64,000 nt of DNA from Gammaproteobacteria bacterium (GTDB lineage Bacteria; Pseudomonadota; Gammaproteobacteria; SZUA-140), in contig JAKISP010000001.1 of assembly GCA_021648525.1 (NCBI GenBank), forward strand, positions 2,061 through 66,060. Reading direction: 5' to 3'. Within the stretch, counting starts at the first letter, position 1. The number at the start of each line of letters is the position of its first letter. Below are positions 32,484-42,958 of the stretch, in pieces. The notes beneath the pieces were generated by a model. That model did not search any database. It worked only from the letters and a program-made list of their open reading frames with translations, and was not told where the DNA came from. The position numbers and the translations under genes are program-made.

Positions 32484-33299
32484 ATGCAACCGATTTTGAG
32501 CATTATCTTTAAGAAGAACAGCATCTCGACTTTTTGCCTTGTCTGTAGCATCTCTGCTCATGCTGAAAACACATTTGTTCTAGATTTCATGCCTGACGAT
32601 GGCGGCACAATGGGTTCATCCGCTAGCACCCCCTGGCTAATGCGCGGAAGCCTTCAGCTTCCAGAAATTGTGGTCGATCCAGACACTGGATTAGATTATT
32701 TCCATATCATTATGGGGGATCCTGACAGCGGTTTTATGCAAGATGTCTATATTGAACGCGGCTTCAGCTCTTTCCAGGGCGGGCCCGGTTCAGCAGTAGG
32801 CGGAGGTGGCAATGGTGGCAACAACATCACACCGCTCAATGCAAACTCAGGCACAGGCGAAGCAAATCCTCGTAAGGTCCTAGTCAGACAGGTTGTTTCT
32901 GATGGTGAAATATACATGGATTTTACCAAAGACAAGTTAGATCGAAAACCCAAAATCACACAGATGCTAACACTGCCTGACATGAGTTCTATTTTTCAGA
33001 TAGACATGAGTAACAGCACCTACGGTGACGACCTCACCCCTGGCGTGGTCTTTTACACCCTGCAGCTAGCAGACGACTATCAAGATCAGGCTGACTTTAA
33101 CTTCGCAACCGACATTCAGAAATCCATAATCGATGGTGGGCGCTACACATACACCAACGGCTCTGGGCCCGGCGGCTCGGCAGGCACCTATAACTACGAC
33201 CAGGGCAACTTTGATATTGATGCCGTTTCATGGGAAGTTTACTTTGACCACAGCATCGAAAACCCGTGGTCAAATCCCGCCAACAAACCACAGCCATAG
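32484..33299 (+). CDS. secreted hypothetical protein with Gly/Asn-rich segment
   Basis: A signal peptide (MQPILSIIFKKNSISTFCLVCSISAHA) starts from the internal Met at 32484. It has a GGGGNGGNN low-complexity stretch. I recognised no family. Confidence 0.55.
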   Translation: MQPILSIIFKKNSISTFCLVCSISAHAENTFVLDFMPDDGGTMGSSASTPWLMRGSLQLPEIVVDPDTGLDYFHIIMGDPDSGFMQDVYIERGFSSFQGGPGSAVGGGGNGGNNITPLNANSGTGEANPRKVLVRQVVSDGEIYMDFTKDKLDRKPKITQMLTLPDMSSIFQIDMSNSTYGDDLTPGVVFYTLQLADDYQDQADFNFATDIQKSIIDGGRYTYTNGSGPGGSAGTYNYDQGNFDIDAVSWEVYFDHSIENPWSNPANKPQP

Positions 33300-33331
33300 A
33301 AAGCCCAGCACAGCCAAAAATCGCGCGTTGC

Positions 33332-33361
33332 TTGCAGATACAATACAAAACCAGCTATAAT
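33332..33361 (+). promoter_or_regulatory. candidate sigma70 promoter for rhlE (long 5' UTR)
   Basis: TTGCAG-18 nt-TATAAT lies about 190 nt upstream of the rhlE start. Long leaders are typical of DEAD-box helicase genes. Confidence 0.3.
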
Positions 33362-33551
33362 GCTTTAACTTGTCTGGACGCCTGTGGTCATACGTCCTCT
33401 GCTAAACAGTAGCAGTAAACAGATAACAGCACTGCTACCGCTCCCAGAGCCGGATCGCAGCGCACCCTGAACTGAATAATCAGATCACCCCGCCTCAGAC
33501 CGCACCAGGTGAAACACTTTGGTAGGCGCGCTTTAGGAGCTTATATTTTAG

Positions 33552-35093
33552 ATGTCATTTAACACCCTCGGCCTGAAGGCTGAACTACTTCGTGCGATTG
33601 AAACACAAGGCTATACCATCCCAACCCCGGTACAGTCTCAGGCAATTCCAGCCATTTTAAAAGGCGGTGATATCCTTGCTGGTGCGCAGACAGGTACCGG
33701 CAAAACAGCAGCCTTTACCCTGCCAATGCTGCAACGGCTTTCAGACGCGACAACCGAAACAACCACCAAACGTAAACGTGCCGTACGCGCGCTGGTGTTA
33801 ACGCCAACCCGTGAACTTGCTGCACAGGTCGCGGAAAGCACACAAAATTACGGCAAACATCTCGCGCTCAAATCTACCGTTGTATTTGGCGGGGTAAATA
33901 TTAAACCCCAGATCGATAAATTGCGCCAGGGCGTCGATATCATCGTCGCCACACCAGGCCGCCTGTTAGATCACGCCACACAAAAAACGGTTGATCTATC
34001 CAAGGTTGAAATTCTGATACTGGATGAAGCAGACCGCATGCTTGATATGGGGTTTATCAATGACATCAAAAAAATTCTCGCGCTCATCCCTGATAAACGT
34101 CAGAACCTTCTATTCTCTGCCACCTATTCGAGCGAGATTAAACAGTTAGCACAGCAACTTTTGCATGAGCCAACAATGATTGAGGTTGCGCGTCAAAATA
34201 CAGCCACTGAAACAGTATCACAGCTGGTACATCCAGTAGATCGCGCACGCAAACGCGAACTGCTCACTCACATCATTGACACTGGTGAATGGAAGCAGGT
34301 ACTTGTTTTTACTCGCACCAAACACAGTGCCAATCGCCTCAGCAAACAACTAGAACAGAGCGGCATTACCTCCGCTGCTATCCATGGTAACAAGAGTCAG
34401 GCGCAACGTACCAAAGCGCTAAAATCCTTTAAAACAAACGGTATTCGCGTATTAGTTGCTACCGATATCGCCGCGCGTGGACTCGATATTGACCAACTGC
34501 CACACGTGGTTAACTTTGAATTACCTAATGTTGCAGAAGATTATGTTCATCGCATTGGTCGTACCGGGCGCGCTGGTAACGAAGGTGAAGCGGTATCACT
34601 AGTCTGCATTGATGAGCTAAAGCTACTTAATGGCATTGAAAAACTGATTGAACGTGACATCAAAAAAGAGACGGTCGAGGGATTTGCACCCGACCCCGCC
34701 ATTAAGGCAGAAGTGATCCCTAATGGCCGCAATAACAATGGCGGAAGGCAACAGCAAAACCGACGCCCGAGTTCACAGGCAAAGCCCGCACGCAATGGCA
34801 CATCACAGCGTAAGCAACCCGCTCAACGCAGTCGAAACAACAATCAGCCAAATAAAAATCGACAGCATCACAGTGGCCCCTCTACACAGGAACTACACCA
34901 GCACCAGGCGAGCGATGGGATGGGGCTTCAGGTCGATCCACCACAGGGTACTGGCGAGGTTAATGGCAACAGCATTCACTATAAGCCAAGCCAGCCAAAG
35001 CAGGTCAAACGCCAGGGGCAGAACCGAAACAAAAACAGCAATAAAGGCAGCAATAAAAAGCCGCGCGAAGTGGCATCGCTATTTGGTGGTTAG
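33552..35093 (+). CDS. rhlE: DEAD-box ATP-dependent RNA helicase with basic N/Q/R-rich C-terminal tail
   Basis: The Q-motif is FNTLGL...GYTIPTPVQ. Motif I is [15 protein letters not shown] is [11 protein letters not shown] is present, and the helicase C region is [10 protein letters not shown]. The C-terminal roughly 130 aa are a low-complexity basic tail. Confidence 0.9.
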   Translation: MSFNTLGLKAELLRAIETQGYTIPTPVQSQAIPAILKGGDILAGAQTGTGKTAAFTLPMLQRLSDATTETTTKRKRAVRALVLTPTRELAAQVAESTQNYGKHLALKSTVVFGGVNIKPQIDKLRQGVDIIVATPGRLLDHATQKTVDLSKVEILILDEADRMLDMGFINDIKKILALIPDKRQNLLFSATYSSEIKQLAQQLLHEPTMIEVARQNTATETVSQLVHPVDRARKRELLTHIIDTGEWKQVLVFTRTKHSANRLSKQLEQSGITSAAIHGNKSQAQRTKALKSFKTNGIRVLVATDIAARGLDIDQLPHVVNFELPNVAEDYVHRIGRTGRAGNEGEAVSLVCIDELKLLNGIEKLIERDIKKETVEGFAPDPAIKAEVIPNGRNNNGGRQQQNRRPSSQAKPARNGTSQRKQPAQRSRNNNQPNKNRQHHSGPSTQELHQHQASDGMGLQVDPPQGTGEVNGNSIHYKPSQPKQVKRQGQNRNKNSNKGSNKKPREVASLFGG

Positions 35094-35151
35094 TTCACAC
35101 CACGACCAAACAGATACTCAACAACTGACATAAAACTAACTTTCAGGAAAA

Positions 35152-36774
35152 ATGCCCGTGCTGTCTACCGCCAACATTACCATGCAATTCGGTGCCAAAC
35201 CGTTATTTGAAGACATCTCCGTTAAATTTAGTGGCAATAATCGCTACGGTTTGATTGGCGCTAACGGCTGTGGAAAATCAACGCTGATGAAAATCCTTGG
35301 CGGCGATCTTGAACCAAGCGCGGGTAACGTCATCATTGGTGAAAATGAGCGTGTCGGTAAACTACGACAGGATCAATTTGCCTTCGAAGAACACTCCGTC
35401 ATCGACACTGTCATTATGGGGCATGCTGAGCTGTGGAAAGTCAAAAAAGAACGCGACCGCATCTATAGTCTGCCAGAGATGTCAGAAGAAGAAGGAATGA
35501 AAGTGGCTGAGCTCGAAGTTGAATTTGGTGAGCTTGACGGCTACACCGCCGAATCTCGCGCAGGCGAACTACTGCTCGGTCTGGAAATCTCAATAGAACA
35601 GCACTTTGGACTGATGAGCGAAGTAGCACCCGGCTGGAAACTGCGTGTACTACTGGCCCAGGCACTATTCTCTAATCCAGACATCATGCTGCTTGATGAG
35701 CCAACCAATAACCTCGACATCAACACCATTCGCTGGCTCGAAGATATCCTCAACCAGCGTAGTTGCACCATGATTATCATCTCGCATGATCGTCACTTTC
35801 TCAATAGCATCTGTACCCATATGGCTGACCTTGATTACGGCGAGCTACGCATCTATCCAGGCAACTATGATGAGTACATGACGGCAGCAACACTCGTGCG
35901 TGAAAGACAGTACGCCGACAACGCTAAAAAGAAGGCGCAAATCGCAGAGCTGCAAACTTTTGTTAGCCGTTTCTCAGCTAACGCATCAAAAGCAAAACAG
36001 GCAACCTCACGCGCAAAACAGATCGATAAAATCAAGCTCGACGAGATTAAGCCTTCTAGTCGTATCAGCCCTTTTATCCGTTTTGACCAGGAAAAGAAGC
36101 TGCACCGTCTGGCACTGGAAGTGACAGACCTTGCTAGGGGATTTGATGGTGACATTCTGTTTGAAAACCTGAATTTGATGGTGGAAGTTAGCGAACGTAT
36201 CGCGATCATTGGCCCCAATGGTATCGGTAAAACAACCCTGCTACGCAGCCTGGTTGGCGACCTTGTGCCTGACAACGGCCTCGTCAAGTGGTCAGAGAAT
36301 GCAAATCTTGGCTATTTCTCACAGGATCATTCACATGACTTTTCAGACGATATGAGCCTGTTCGACTGGATGAGCCGCTGGGGAAGGCAGGGGGATGATG
36401 AACAGACCATTCGCGGCACCCTGGGCCGCCTGTTATTCTCTCGTGATGAGTGCGAAAAATCAGTTAAGGTTATTTCTGGTGGTGAACAAGGGCGCATGCT
36501 ATTTGGCAAAATCATGCAGCAGCTACCCAACATCATGCTAATGGATGAACCTACCAATCACCTAGATATGGAATCGATCGAAGCACTTAACCTTGCACTG
36601 GCTAACTATCCCGGCACACTGTTTTTCGTAAGTCACGACCGAGAGTTCGTCTCATCATTAGCGACACGCATCATCGAACTAACACCCAATGGACTCGTCG
36701 ATTATCACGGTAGCTATGATGAATACCTACGTAGTCAGGGCATAGAGGAAACAAAGCAGAAAGCTGCTAGCTAA
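35152..36774 (+). CDS. ybiT: ABC-F family ATPase (two ABC ATPase domains, no TMD), YbiT-like
   Basis: It is 540 aa with two Walker A motifs (GANGCGKST and GPNGIGKTT) and two LSGGE signatures. The N-terminus [39 protein letters not shown] closely resembles E. coli YbiT. Confidence 0.8.
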   Translation: MPVLSTANITMQFGAKPLFEDISVKFSGNNRYGLIGANGCGKSTLMKILGGDLEPSAGNVIIGENERVGKLRQDQFAFEEHSVIDTVIMGHAELWKVKKERDRIYSLPEMSEEEGMKVAELEVEFGELDGYTAESRAGELLLGLEISIEQHFGLMSEVAPGWKLRVLLAQALFSNPDIMLLDEPTNNLDINTIRWLEDILNQRSCTMIIISHDRHFLNSICTHMADLDYGELRIYPGNYDEYMTAATLVRERQYADNAKKKAQIAELQTFVSRFSANASKAKQATSRAKQIDKIKLDEIKPSSRISPFIRFDQEKKLHRLALEVTDLARGFDGDILFENLNLMVEVSERIAIIGPNGIGKTTLLRSLVGDLVPDNGLVKWSENANLGYFSQDHSHDFSDDMSLFDWMSRWGRQGDDEQTIRGTLGRLLFSRDECEKSVKVISGGEQGRMLFGKIMQQLPNIMLMDEPTNHLDMESIEALNLALANYPGTLFFVSHDREFVSSLATRIIELTPNGLVDYHGSYDEYLRSQGIEETKQKAAS

Positions 36775-36791
36775 AACATCCCGACAACACA

Positions 36792-36844
36792 CTGAGTCAG
36801 GGAAAACCTCTCTGACTCAGCCTCTTCATCCCTCTTTTATTATC
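36792..36844 (+). terminator. intrinsic terminator after ybiT-like gene
   Basis: There is a hairpin CTGAGTCAG-GGAAAACCTCT-CTGACTCAG followed by the T-rich CCTCTTCATCCCTCTTTTATTAT. Confidence 0.4.
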
Positions 36845-37043
36845 TGACACTACCAGATATGAACACGGCTATTATGGCCATGCTTACTGTGGACTATCCT
36901 GTCCACTAAATGCAGAAAGCTGCTGATTCGCAGCTTTAATAATGTTGCTAGCGACTCCCCTCAAAAACACTATCAAAATACCAGCTACCACTCATGCAAA
37001 CATGGCGTTACAATACAGATTGAAAATACAATAACAAATAACG

Positions 37044-37739
37044 ATGCCGTCCTCACAAACGCCCAGGTACAAAATCCGCATCAGCCAGCGAGCCAAACGG
37101 ATGCAGCTCAAAGTGTCCCCGCTCGGCACAATAGAAGTTGTGCTGCCCAAAAACATTAATGCAAAACATGTACCTCTATTTGTGGCAGAACATCAGCACT
37201 GGATCGAGCAGACACAAAAACAGATGGCAGCACTCTATCCGCCCGAAGAGTTACTACCAGGTTCACTCAATTTCGCTGCAACCAATCAACAGTGGCAGTT
37301 AAAATACTGTGAAGGAAAGCGCGCTCGCGTTGCAGAAATCAACAATTCCCTGACAGTCTATAGCCAGGATGACAACGGCGCCCAAAAAGCACTGCAACAG
37401 TGGCTAAATCGACGTGCTGATGAAACACTTATTCCGTGGCTACACAATGTCAGTAATGAACTGAAACTAACATTCAAGCGCGCTATCGTTCGTGCCCAGA
37501 AAACACGCTGGGGCAGCTGCTCATCAAACGGCACCATCAGCATCAACCGCGCGCTGCTATTTATGCCACCCGAGACAGTGCGTTATCTCTTCATTCATGA
37601 ACTATGCCATACAAAAGAGATGAATCACTCACCTCGCTACTGGGCATTCGTCGAAAGCCACATGCCCGGCTACCAACAGCATGAACAGATATTAAGCAAA
37701 GGCATAAGACTGATTCCACGCTGGGCACTCATCACATAA
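37044..37739 (+). CDS. YgjP/DUF45-family zinc metallopeptidase-fold hydrolase (M48-like)
   Basis: The core is RWGSCSSNGTISINRALLFMPPETVRYLFIHELCHTKEMNHSPRYWAFV with the HExxH motif. Confidence 0.8.
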   Translation: MPSSQTPRYKIRISQRAKRMQLKVSPLGTIEVVLPKNINAKHVPLFVAEHQHWIEQTQKQMAALYPPEELLPGSLNFAATNQQWQLKYCEGKRARVAEINNSLTVYSQDDNGAQKALQQWLNRRADETLIPWLHNVSNELKLTFKRAIVRAQKTRWGSCSSNGTISINRALLFMPPETVRYLFIHELCHTKEMNHSPRYWAFVESHMPGYQQHEQILSKGIRLIPRWALIT

Positions 37740-37764
37740 AACTGCGTTTACTCAATAACGCACA

Positions 37765-38040
37765 TTGCCATACAGGGAGATACAAATGAACAAGTTATGC
37801 CAAAGCTGTGGAATGCCTCTGAAACGCGACCCTAACCGTGGTGGCAGCAATGCAGATGGCAGTAAAAGCAACGACTATTGCAGCCACTGTTACGTCAATG
37901 GTGCCTTTGCTCAACCAGAAATAAACGCCGCAGAGATGCGCCAACTCTGCATTAATAATATGACTGCCGGCGGCGTTCCAAAAATTTTAGCGCGGTTACT
38001 CACAAAGAGAATTCCAGAACTCAAACGCTGGTCGGCTTAA
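37765..38040 (+). CDS. putative zinc-ribbon domain protein
   Basis: It is 91 aa with CQSCGMP...CSHCYVNG (Zn_ribbon_2-like). An AGGGAGA Shine-Dalgarno is present. Confidence 0.6.
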   Translation: MPYREIQMNKLCQSCGMPLKRDPNRGGSNADGSKSNDYCSHCYVNGAFAQPEINAAEMRQLCINNMTAGGVPKILARLLTKRIPELKRWSA

Positions 38041-38194
38041 TAAAGATGCAATCAGTCAGCAATTCGCCTATACAATGAGGCAGGTTTAATCATCCACCAA
38101 ACATCACCCGCTGATGACCATCAGCGCTTTCAACCTGTGGGCTCCTCTATAACGACAGCACTTAGCAATACACAAAGCAAAAAGTCACGCTATA

Positions 38195-38383
38195 ATGATC
38201 GTTCACACAATTGGATTACACAATATGAATCGTGGTTATGCCGCTTTATACCTGATTACAGCTGTATTCTTTTATCTCGGGTGGAAGACGCGAAAAACAA
38301 ACCCGCTGCTGTCAACCGCACTGTATACCGTTGCAACCATTATCACCGTGCTATTAATTGGCGGCCACTTTGGGTTGCTCTGA
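38195..38383 (+). CDS. possible small two-TM membrane protein
   Basis: It is a 62-aa ORF in the convergent gap between the Zn-ribbon and VanZ-like genes. It has two hydrophobic segments (ALYLITAVFFYLGW and ALYTVATIITVLLIGG). There is no clear Shine-Dalgarno. Confidence 0.3.
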   Translation: MIVHTIGLHNMNRGYAALYLITAVFFYLGWKTRKTNPLLSTALYTVATIITVLLIGGHFGLL

Positions 38384-38392
38384 CAAAGCAAG

Positions 38393-39328
38393 TTACGGAA
38401 TCAAGCGAATATCATCCAGATAAAATTCCCGTCGCATCTCTGTTCTGCTCAGAAATAAAATCATCTTTCTAACTTTACCCAGGTCTAACAGACGTGATTT
38501 AGGCCCATTAACAACATCAGCCAATGGAATCAAAAGCGTATTGGCTCCAGTATTAATCTGATACTGTCCATTATATCGATCACCATAATCCGGCGAGTTA
38601 CTGCTCCCATCATCAATACGAATATTCAGTTTAAATGGTTTACCAACATTATAAAGCTCAATATTTAAGAATTGGTAACCGCGCCAGTCCTGATCTCCCG
38701 CCGAGTAGCGCGCACCACTCCAGGTATTATCGGTCGTTTTCGTTTTTAGTGACTTCGAGCCAACGACAACATGCTTATCTGAAAGCGATGTAGAGGTACC
38801 GATACCATGCGCCTTCCACAGCCTTTTTTCTAAATCACGCTCAAAACCACCCAATACTGGAAATTGTTGATCTCGCAACCACACGGCACGCCACTCGTTC
38901 AACGCAGGTTGCACTACCCAGACTAGCGTCAACACTAACAATAACAGGTAAACTCCTTTGAACAGCTGACGCGACTGTCTACGCCAGACAATTATCCCAC
39001 TGAGCGCGAGAAATACCCCTAGCAACCCCATCTGCACATCTGCAAATGATGCCGTTCTTCCAACATAAGGCTGTACCAGCTCAACGGCAACCATTAACAA
39101 CACAGAGATTACCATTGAGAAGACTATCGCACGCCATTCTCCATATGGTTCAACAGCAAAATAAAATAAGCCACTCAACAAAATAAAGGCAAATGCATGC
39201 CCAGCATCCATTGTTTTCATCACTGCAACTGGATTAGCACTACTACCAAATGGCACAAACGCAAGCAGCGCAAAGAGCGCCAGCATGACAAAAACCGCCA
39301 TCAGATAAGTTTGTTTAAATACGGCCAT
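38393..39328 (-). CDS. VanZ-like family membrane protein with C-terminal extracytoplasmic domain
   Basis: The N-terminal roughly 120 aa carry 4 TM helices in VanZ-like arrangement (FAFILLSGLFYF...VISVLLMVAVELVQPYVGRTASFADV). The C-terminal roughly 180 aa form a beta-rich domain of unknown function. Confidence 0.6.
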   Translation of the reverse strand: MAVFKQTYLMAVFVMLALFALLAFVPFGSSANPVAVMKTMDAGHAFAFILLSGLFYFAVEPYGEWRAIVFSMVISVLLMVAVELVQPYVGRTASFADVQMGLLGVFLALSGIIVWRRQSRQLFKGVYLLLLVLTLVWVVQPALNEWRAVWLRDQQFPVLGGFERDLEKRLWKAHGIGTSTSLSDKHVVVGSKSLKTKTTDNTWSGARYSAGDQDWRGYQFLNIELYNVGKPFKLNIRIDDGSSNSPDYGDRYNGQYQINTGANTLLIPLADVVNGPKSRLLDLGKVRKMILFLSRTEMRREFYLDDIRLIP

Positions 39329-39353
39329 TTAGATTTAAGTACTCATTCAACTT

Positions 39354-40061
39354 TTATCGAGAAAGAAATGAAATCATCCACTGCGCAATCAACTGTTCAT
39401 CTGTTCGCTGCTGCAATGAATCGATGCCGGCAGTATAAACTGATGCGCCCAATCGTTTACGACGAAAGCCCATTAAGGCCTCTGCATAAGGTTTTGAGAA
39501 CTCAGGGTGTCCCTGAATCGTAAGAATACTCTCATCTAGCTGAAACATCGCATACGGACAAAAATCACTGCCTGCAATTAATTTAGCCCCTGGTGGCAAT
39601 TCATCTACCTGATCCTGGTGACTCACCAGCACATGGCACACACCATCCATTGGCGTTGCCTCCATCCAGGGCACAGCAGTTGCCACCCGCATCGCGTGCA
39701 CACCCACCCCCCACCCTTTATCAGATTGACTTATTTTACCACCAAAAGCCTGAGCCACTAATTGATGACCAAAGCAGATCGCAATTAGCTTTATTTTCAC
39801 CTTTCGTAACCGAATAATAAAGGCCTGCAATACCCTGATCCACGCATTATCATCATATACACTGGCCTTACTACCCGTAGTGATATAGGCATCACACGCA
39901 TCAAGCGATGCAGGATAATGGCCAGCGACTACATCATAGACCTCATAGCTGAAAGCGCGCGCTAGCGGATGAAATAGAGAGGTGATCATCTCAGGATAGT
40001 CTCCGTACTGGCCCTTAAACTGCGATCTCACCGAGTCACACCGCAAGATCCCAACTTTCAT
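39354..40061 (-). CDS. class I glutamine amidotransferase-like hydrolase (gamma-glutamyl-amide hydrolase candidate, PuuD-like)
   Basis: The GATase1 catalytic Cys context is LIAICFGHQLVAQAFGG, with a His/Glu dyad region (TIQGHPEF). It is divergent from the GS-like ligase gene. Confidence 0.75.
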   Translation of the reverse strand: MKVGILRCDSVRSQFKGQYGDYPEMITSLFHPLARAFSYEVYDVVAGHYPASLDACDAYITTGSKASVYDDNAWIRVLQAFIIRLRKVKIKLIAICFGHQLVAQAFGGKISQSDKGWGVGVHAMRVATAVPWMEATPMDGVCHVLVSHQDQVDELPPGAKLIAGSDFCPYAMFQLDESILTIQGHPEFSKPYAEALMGFRRKRLGASVYTAGIDSLQQRTDEQLIAQWMISFLSR

Positions 40062-40200
40062 TTATTCATGCCCTTTAAAAAATCCATTAAAAAAAACCTG
40101 TTAAGAACATTTGAATTACGCGATAGTATTAGATACTTTATATCTATCGCTCCTATAATAGATAAGCAGTTTCGCACGATAACAAGGAAAAAGCGCCATA

Positions 40201-41568
40201 ATGCACGCCAGAGAAGTTAAGAGTATTGCCGATGCAAAAAACATCGTCAATGAGCGTAATATCCGTCATATAAAAATTGGTATTTTCGATATTGACGGTG
40301 TGTTACGCGGTAAATATATCTCACGAGACAAGTTCTTTTCTGCCCTCGACAAAGGCGCTGGTTTTTGCGATGTCGTTCTGGGCTGGGATAGCAAAGACCA
40401 GCTCTACGACAATGTTGATTTCACTGGCTGGCACACTGGCTATCCCGATGCACCTGTCCGTATCATCCCAGATTCGTGCCGCGACATCCCATTTGAAGAA
40501 GAGACACTCTTTTTCCTCGGCGAGTTTACCGCTGATGCAGCAGCACTCTGTCCTCGTGGACTGCTACAGCGCACGATCGAAAAAGCCAGTCAAATGGGCC
40601 TCTTTCCTAACGCTGGCTTTGAGTATGAGTTTTTCATCTTCGAAGAAACACGCGAATCCATTCGCAAAAAACAGTATCGAGATTTAACCCCGCTAGCACC
40701 TGGCAACTTTGGCTATTCGGTACTGCGCAATAGTGTAGATGCTGAAATCTACCAGCAAATCCTTGATCTTGGTGAAACAATGGATTTTCCAATCGAAGCA
40801 CTGCATGAAGAGACCGGCCCCGGCGTACTTGAAGCCGCCATCACTTACGACAGCGCCCTCAACGCCGCAGATAAGGCCGCCCTGTTCAAAACCTTCACCA
40901 AAATAGCAGTGCAACGCGCCGGACTGATGGCAACCTTCATGGCAAAATGGTCAGCAAACCACCCAGGGCAGAGTGGCCACATACATATCTCCCTCAATGA
41001 TGCTGAAGGCACCTCAATTTTTTATGATGCTAACAAACCAGATAACATGAGTGATACCATGCGCCATTTTGTTGCAGGCCAGCAACAATTCATGCCTGAA
41101 TTACTTGCCATGATCGCACCAACCATCAACTCGTACACTCGTCTGGTGCCGGGTTTTTGGGCACCCACCGTTGCCACCTGGGGTGTTGAAAATCGCACAT
41201 GTGCGCTACGCGTTATCACTGGTAACGCCAGCGCTCAACGTGTCGAATACCGGGTTGCGGCTGCTGATGCTAACCCTTACATCATCCTCGCTGCTGCACT
41301 GGCCTCAGGGCTAGCCGGTATTGAGCAGAAACTAGCGCCTGACGATAAGGTGAGTGGCAACGCCTATGAACAACAATTCCCCGCTGAGCGCCAACTACCC
41401 ACCACCCTGTGGGAGGCCGCGCAACGACTTAAAGGATCAAGCATGGCAAGGGGATATTTTGGAGATCACTTTGTCGATCACTACACCGCGAGTCGAGAGT
41501 GGGAGGAACGCGAATTCCGCAAACATATCACCGATTGGGAAATGGACCGCTACTTTGAGATCATATGA
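40201..41568 (+). CDS. glutamine synthetase-family gamma-glutamyl:amine ligase (PuuA/GlnA3/IpuC-like)
   Basis: It is 455 aa with a GS catalytic domain (GFEYEFFIF, MAKWSANHPGQSGHIHISL, NPYIILAAALASGLAGIE). It lacks the GlnA adenylylation-loop context. Confidence 0.85.
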   Translation: MHAREVKSIADAKNIVNERNIRHIKIGIFDIDGVLRGKYISRDKFFSALDKGAGFCDVVLGWDSKDQLYDNVDFTGWHTGYPDAPVRIIPDSCRDIPFEEETLFFLGEFTADAAALCPRGLLQRTIEKASQMGLFPNAGFEYEFFIFEETRESIRKKQYRDLTPLAPGNFGYSVLRNSVDAEIYQQILDLGETMDFPIEALHEETGPGVLEAAITYDSALNAADKAALFKTFTKIAVQRAGLMATFMAKWSANHPGQSGHIHISLNDAEGTSIFYDANKPDNMSDTMRHFVAGQQQFMPELLAMIAPTINSYTRLVPGFWAPTVATWGVENRTCALRVITGNASAQRVEYRVAAADANPYIILAAALASGLAGIEQKLAPDDKVSGNAYEQQFPAERQLPTTLWEAAQRLKGSSMARGYFGDHFVDHYTASREWEEREFRKHITDWEMDRYFEII

Positions 41569-42950
41569 TGCCGACCTTTAAAGTTATCTCACCCAACAAT
41601 AATCGCAGCTATGTAGAACGCACTTATGCGACCAATGCAAAGATCGAACACACACTGGAAAAGTCATTATTTGCACAGCGTGAATGGCGCAACACCCCTG
41701 TTGAGGTGCGAAAGAAAATCTGTCTCAAAGCCGTCAGCGCACTATTAGCAAGGCAATCAAGCATCGCCGAAGAGTTAAGTTGGCAGATGGGACGCCCCCT
41801 ACGCTACACCCCAGGTGAAATAAAAGGCTTTGCCGAGCGCGCTCGCCATATGGCCAGAATTGCCGCAAACAAACTTACCGATATTGAGATAGAGAGATCA
41901 ACAGAAAGCACAAAATTGATTCGCCGCACGCCACACGGCATTGTCTTCTCCATCGTGCCGTGGAACTACCCCTATCTCACCGCTGTGAATGTGATCATTC
42001 CTGCATTAATGGCCGGTAATAGCGTTATCATGAAGCCCTCATCGCAAACACCACTCACTGCTGAGCGCCTCTTTGATGCCTTTGACACGGCAGGCTTACC
42101 CGCCGGCCTGTTTCAGTACCTCTTTCTTGACCACCCCAGCACTGCAAAATTGATTCAGCACGATGCGATCAACTATGTCTCTTTTACCGGTTCAACTCAG
42201 GGCGGGCGCGACATTGAAGCCGCTGCCGTAGGACGTTTTATCGGTATCGGCCTGGAACTTGGCGGCAAAGACCCCGCCTATGTACGTCATGATGCCGAAC
42301 TAGAACATGCCGTTGAACATTTGATCGACGGGGCATTTTTTAATTCTGGACAATCCTGTTGCGGCATTGAACGAATTTATGTTCACAAAACGCTCTACCA
42401 GCAGTTTTGTGACAATTTTATTGAATTGACTCGTGAATACCGCCTCGGTGATCCGCTCCACCCCGATACCACACTCGGCCCGATGGTTAACGCCATTGCT
42501 GCCACACGCGTACGCGATCAAATCAGCGATGCAATTAAACAAGGGGCCACACCAACCATTGATGAAAAACGTTTTACAGCAAGCAAGGCTGGCACCGCTT
42601 ACCTTGCCCCACAAGTGCTGCTGAATGTTGACCATTCCATGTCAGTCATGCGCGATGAAAGCTTTGGGCCTGTCGTCGGCATTATGTCTGTCGATTCAGA
42701 TGAACAGGCGATCAAGCTAATGAACGACTCACCTTACGGCCTGACGGCCTCAATCTGGACCACCGATCAGGAATCGGCACTGAACATCGGCAACCAATTG
42801 GAGACAGGAACCTGTTTCATGAATCGCTGTGACTACCTCGATCCAGCACTGGCATGGAGCGGTGTGAAAAACTCAGGAAAAGGCTGCTCGCTTTCAGAGC
42901 TTGCCTATGAACGCCTCACCCAGCCAAAGTCATTTTATTTTAGTCACTGA
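41565..42950 (+). CDS. NAD(P)+-dependent aldehyde dehydrogenase
   Basis: ALDH motifs are present: the ELGGKDP Glu site, catalytic Cys in GQSCCGIERIYV, and FTGSTQGG. Its start overlaps the ligase stop (ATGA). Confidence 0.9.
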   Translation: MMPTFKVISPNNNRSYVERTYATNAKIEHTLEKSLFAQREWRNTPVEVRKKICLKAVSALLARQSSIAEELSWQMGRPLRYTPGEIKGFAERARHMARIAANKLTDIEIERSTESTKLIRRTPHGIVFSIVPWNYPYLTAVNVIIPALMAGNSVIMKPSSQTPLTAERLFDAFDTAGLPAGLFQYLFLDHPSTAKLIQHDAINYVSFTGSTQGGRDIEAAAVGRFIGIGLELGGKDPAYVRHDAELEHAVEHLIDGAFFNSGQSCCGIERIYVHKTLYQQFCDNFIELTREYRLGDPLHPDTTLGPMVNAIAATRVRDQISDAIKQGATPTIDEKRFTASKAGTAYLAPQVLLNVDHSMSVMRDESFGPVVGIMSVDSDEQAIKLMNDSPYGLTASIWTTDQESALNIGNQLETGTCFMNRCDYLDPALAWSGVKNSGKGCSLSELAYERLTQPKSFYFSH

Positions 42951-42958
42951 CAAAAGCC

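Noticed and set aside
38137-38472. 111-aa plus-strand ORF
   Set aside because: It overlaps the 3' end of the VanZ-like gene on the opposite strand. It has no motif support and a worse coding context than the 62-aa membrane ORF in the same gap.
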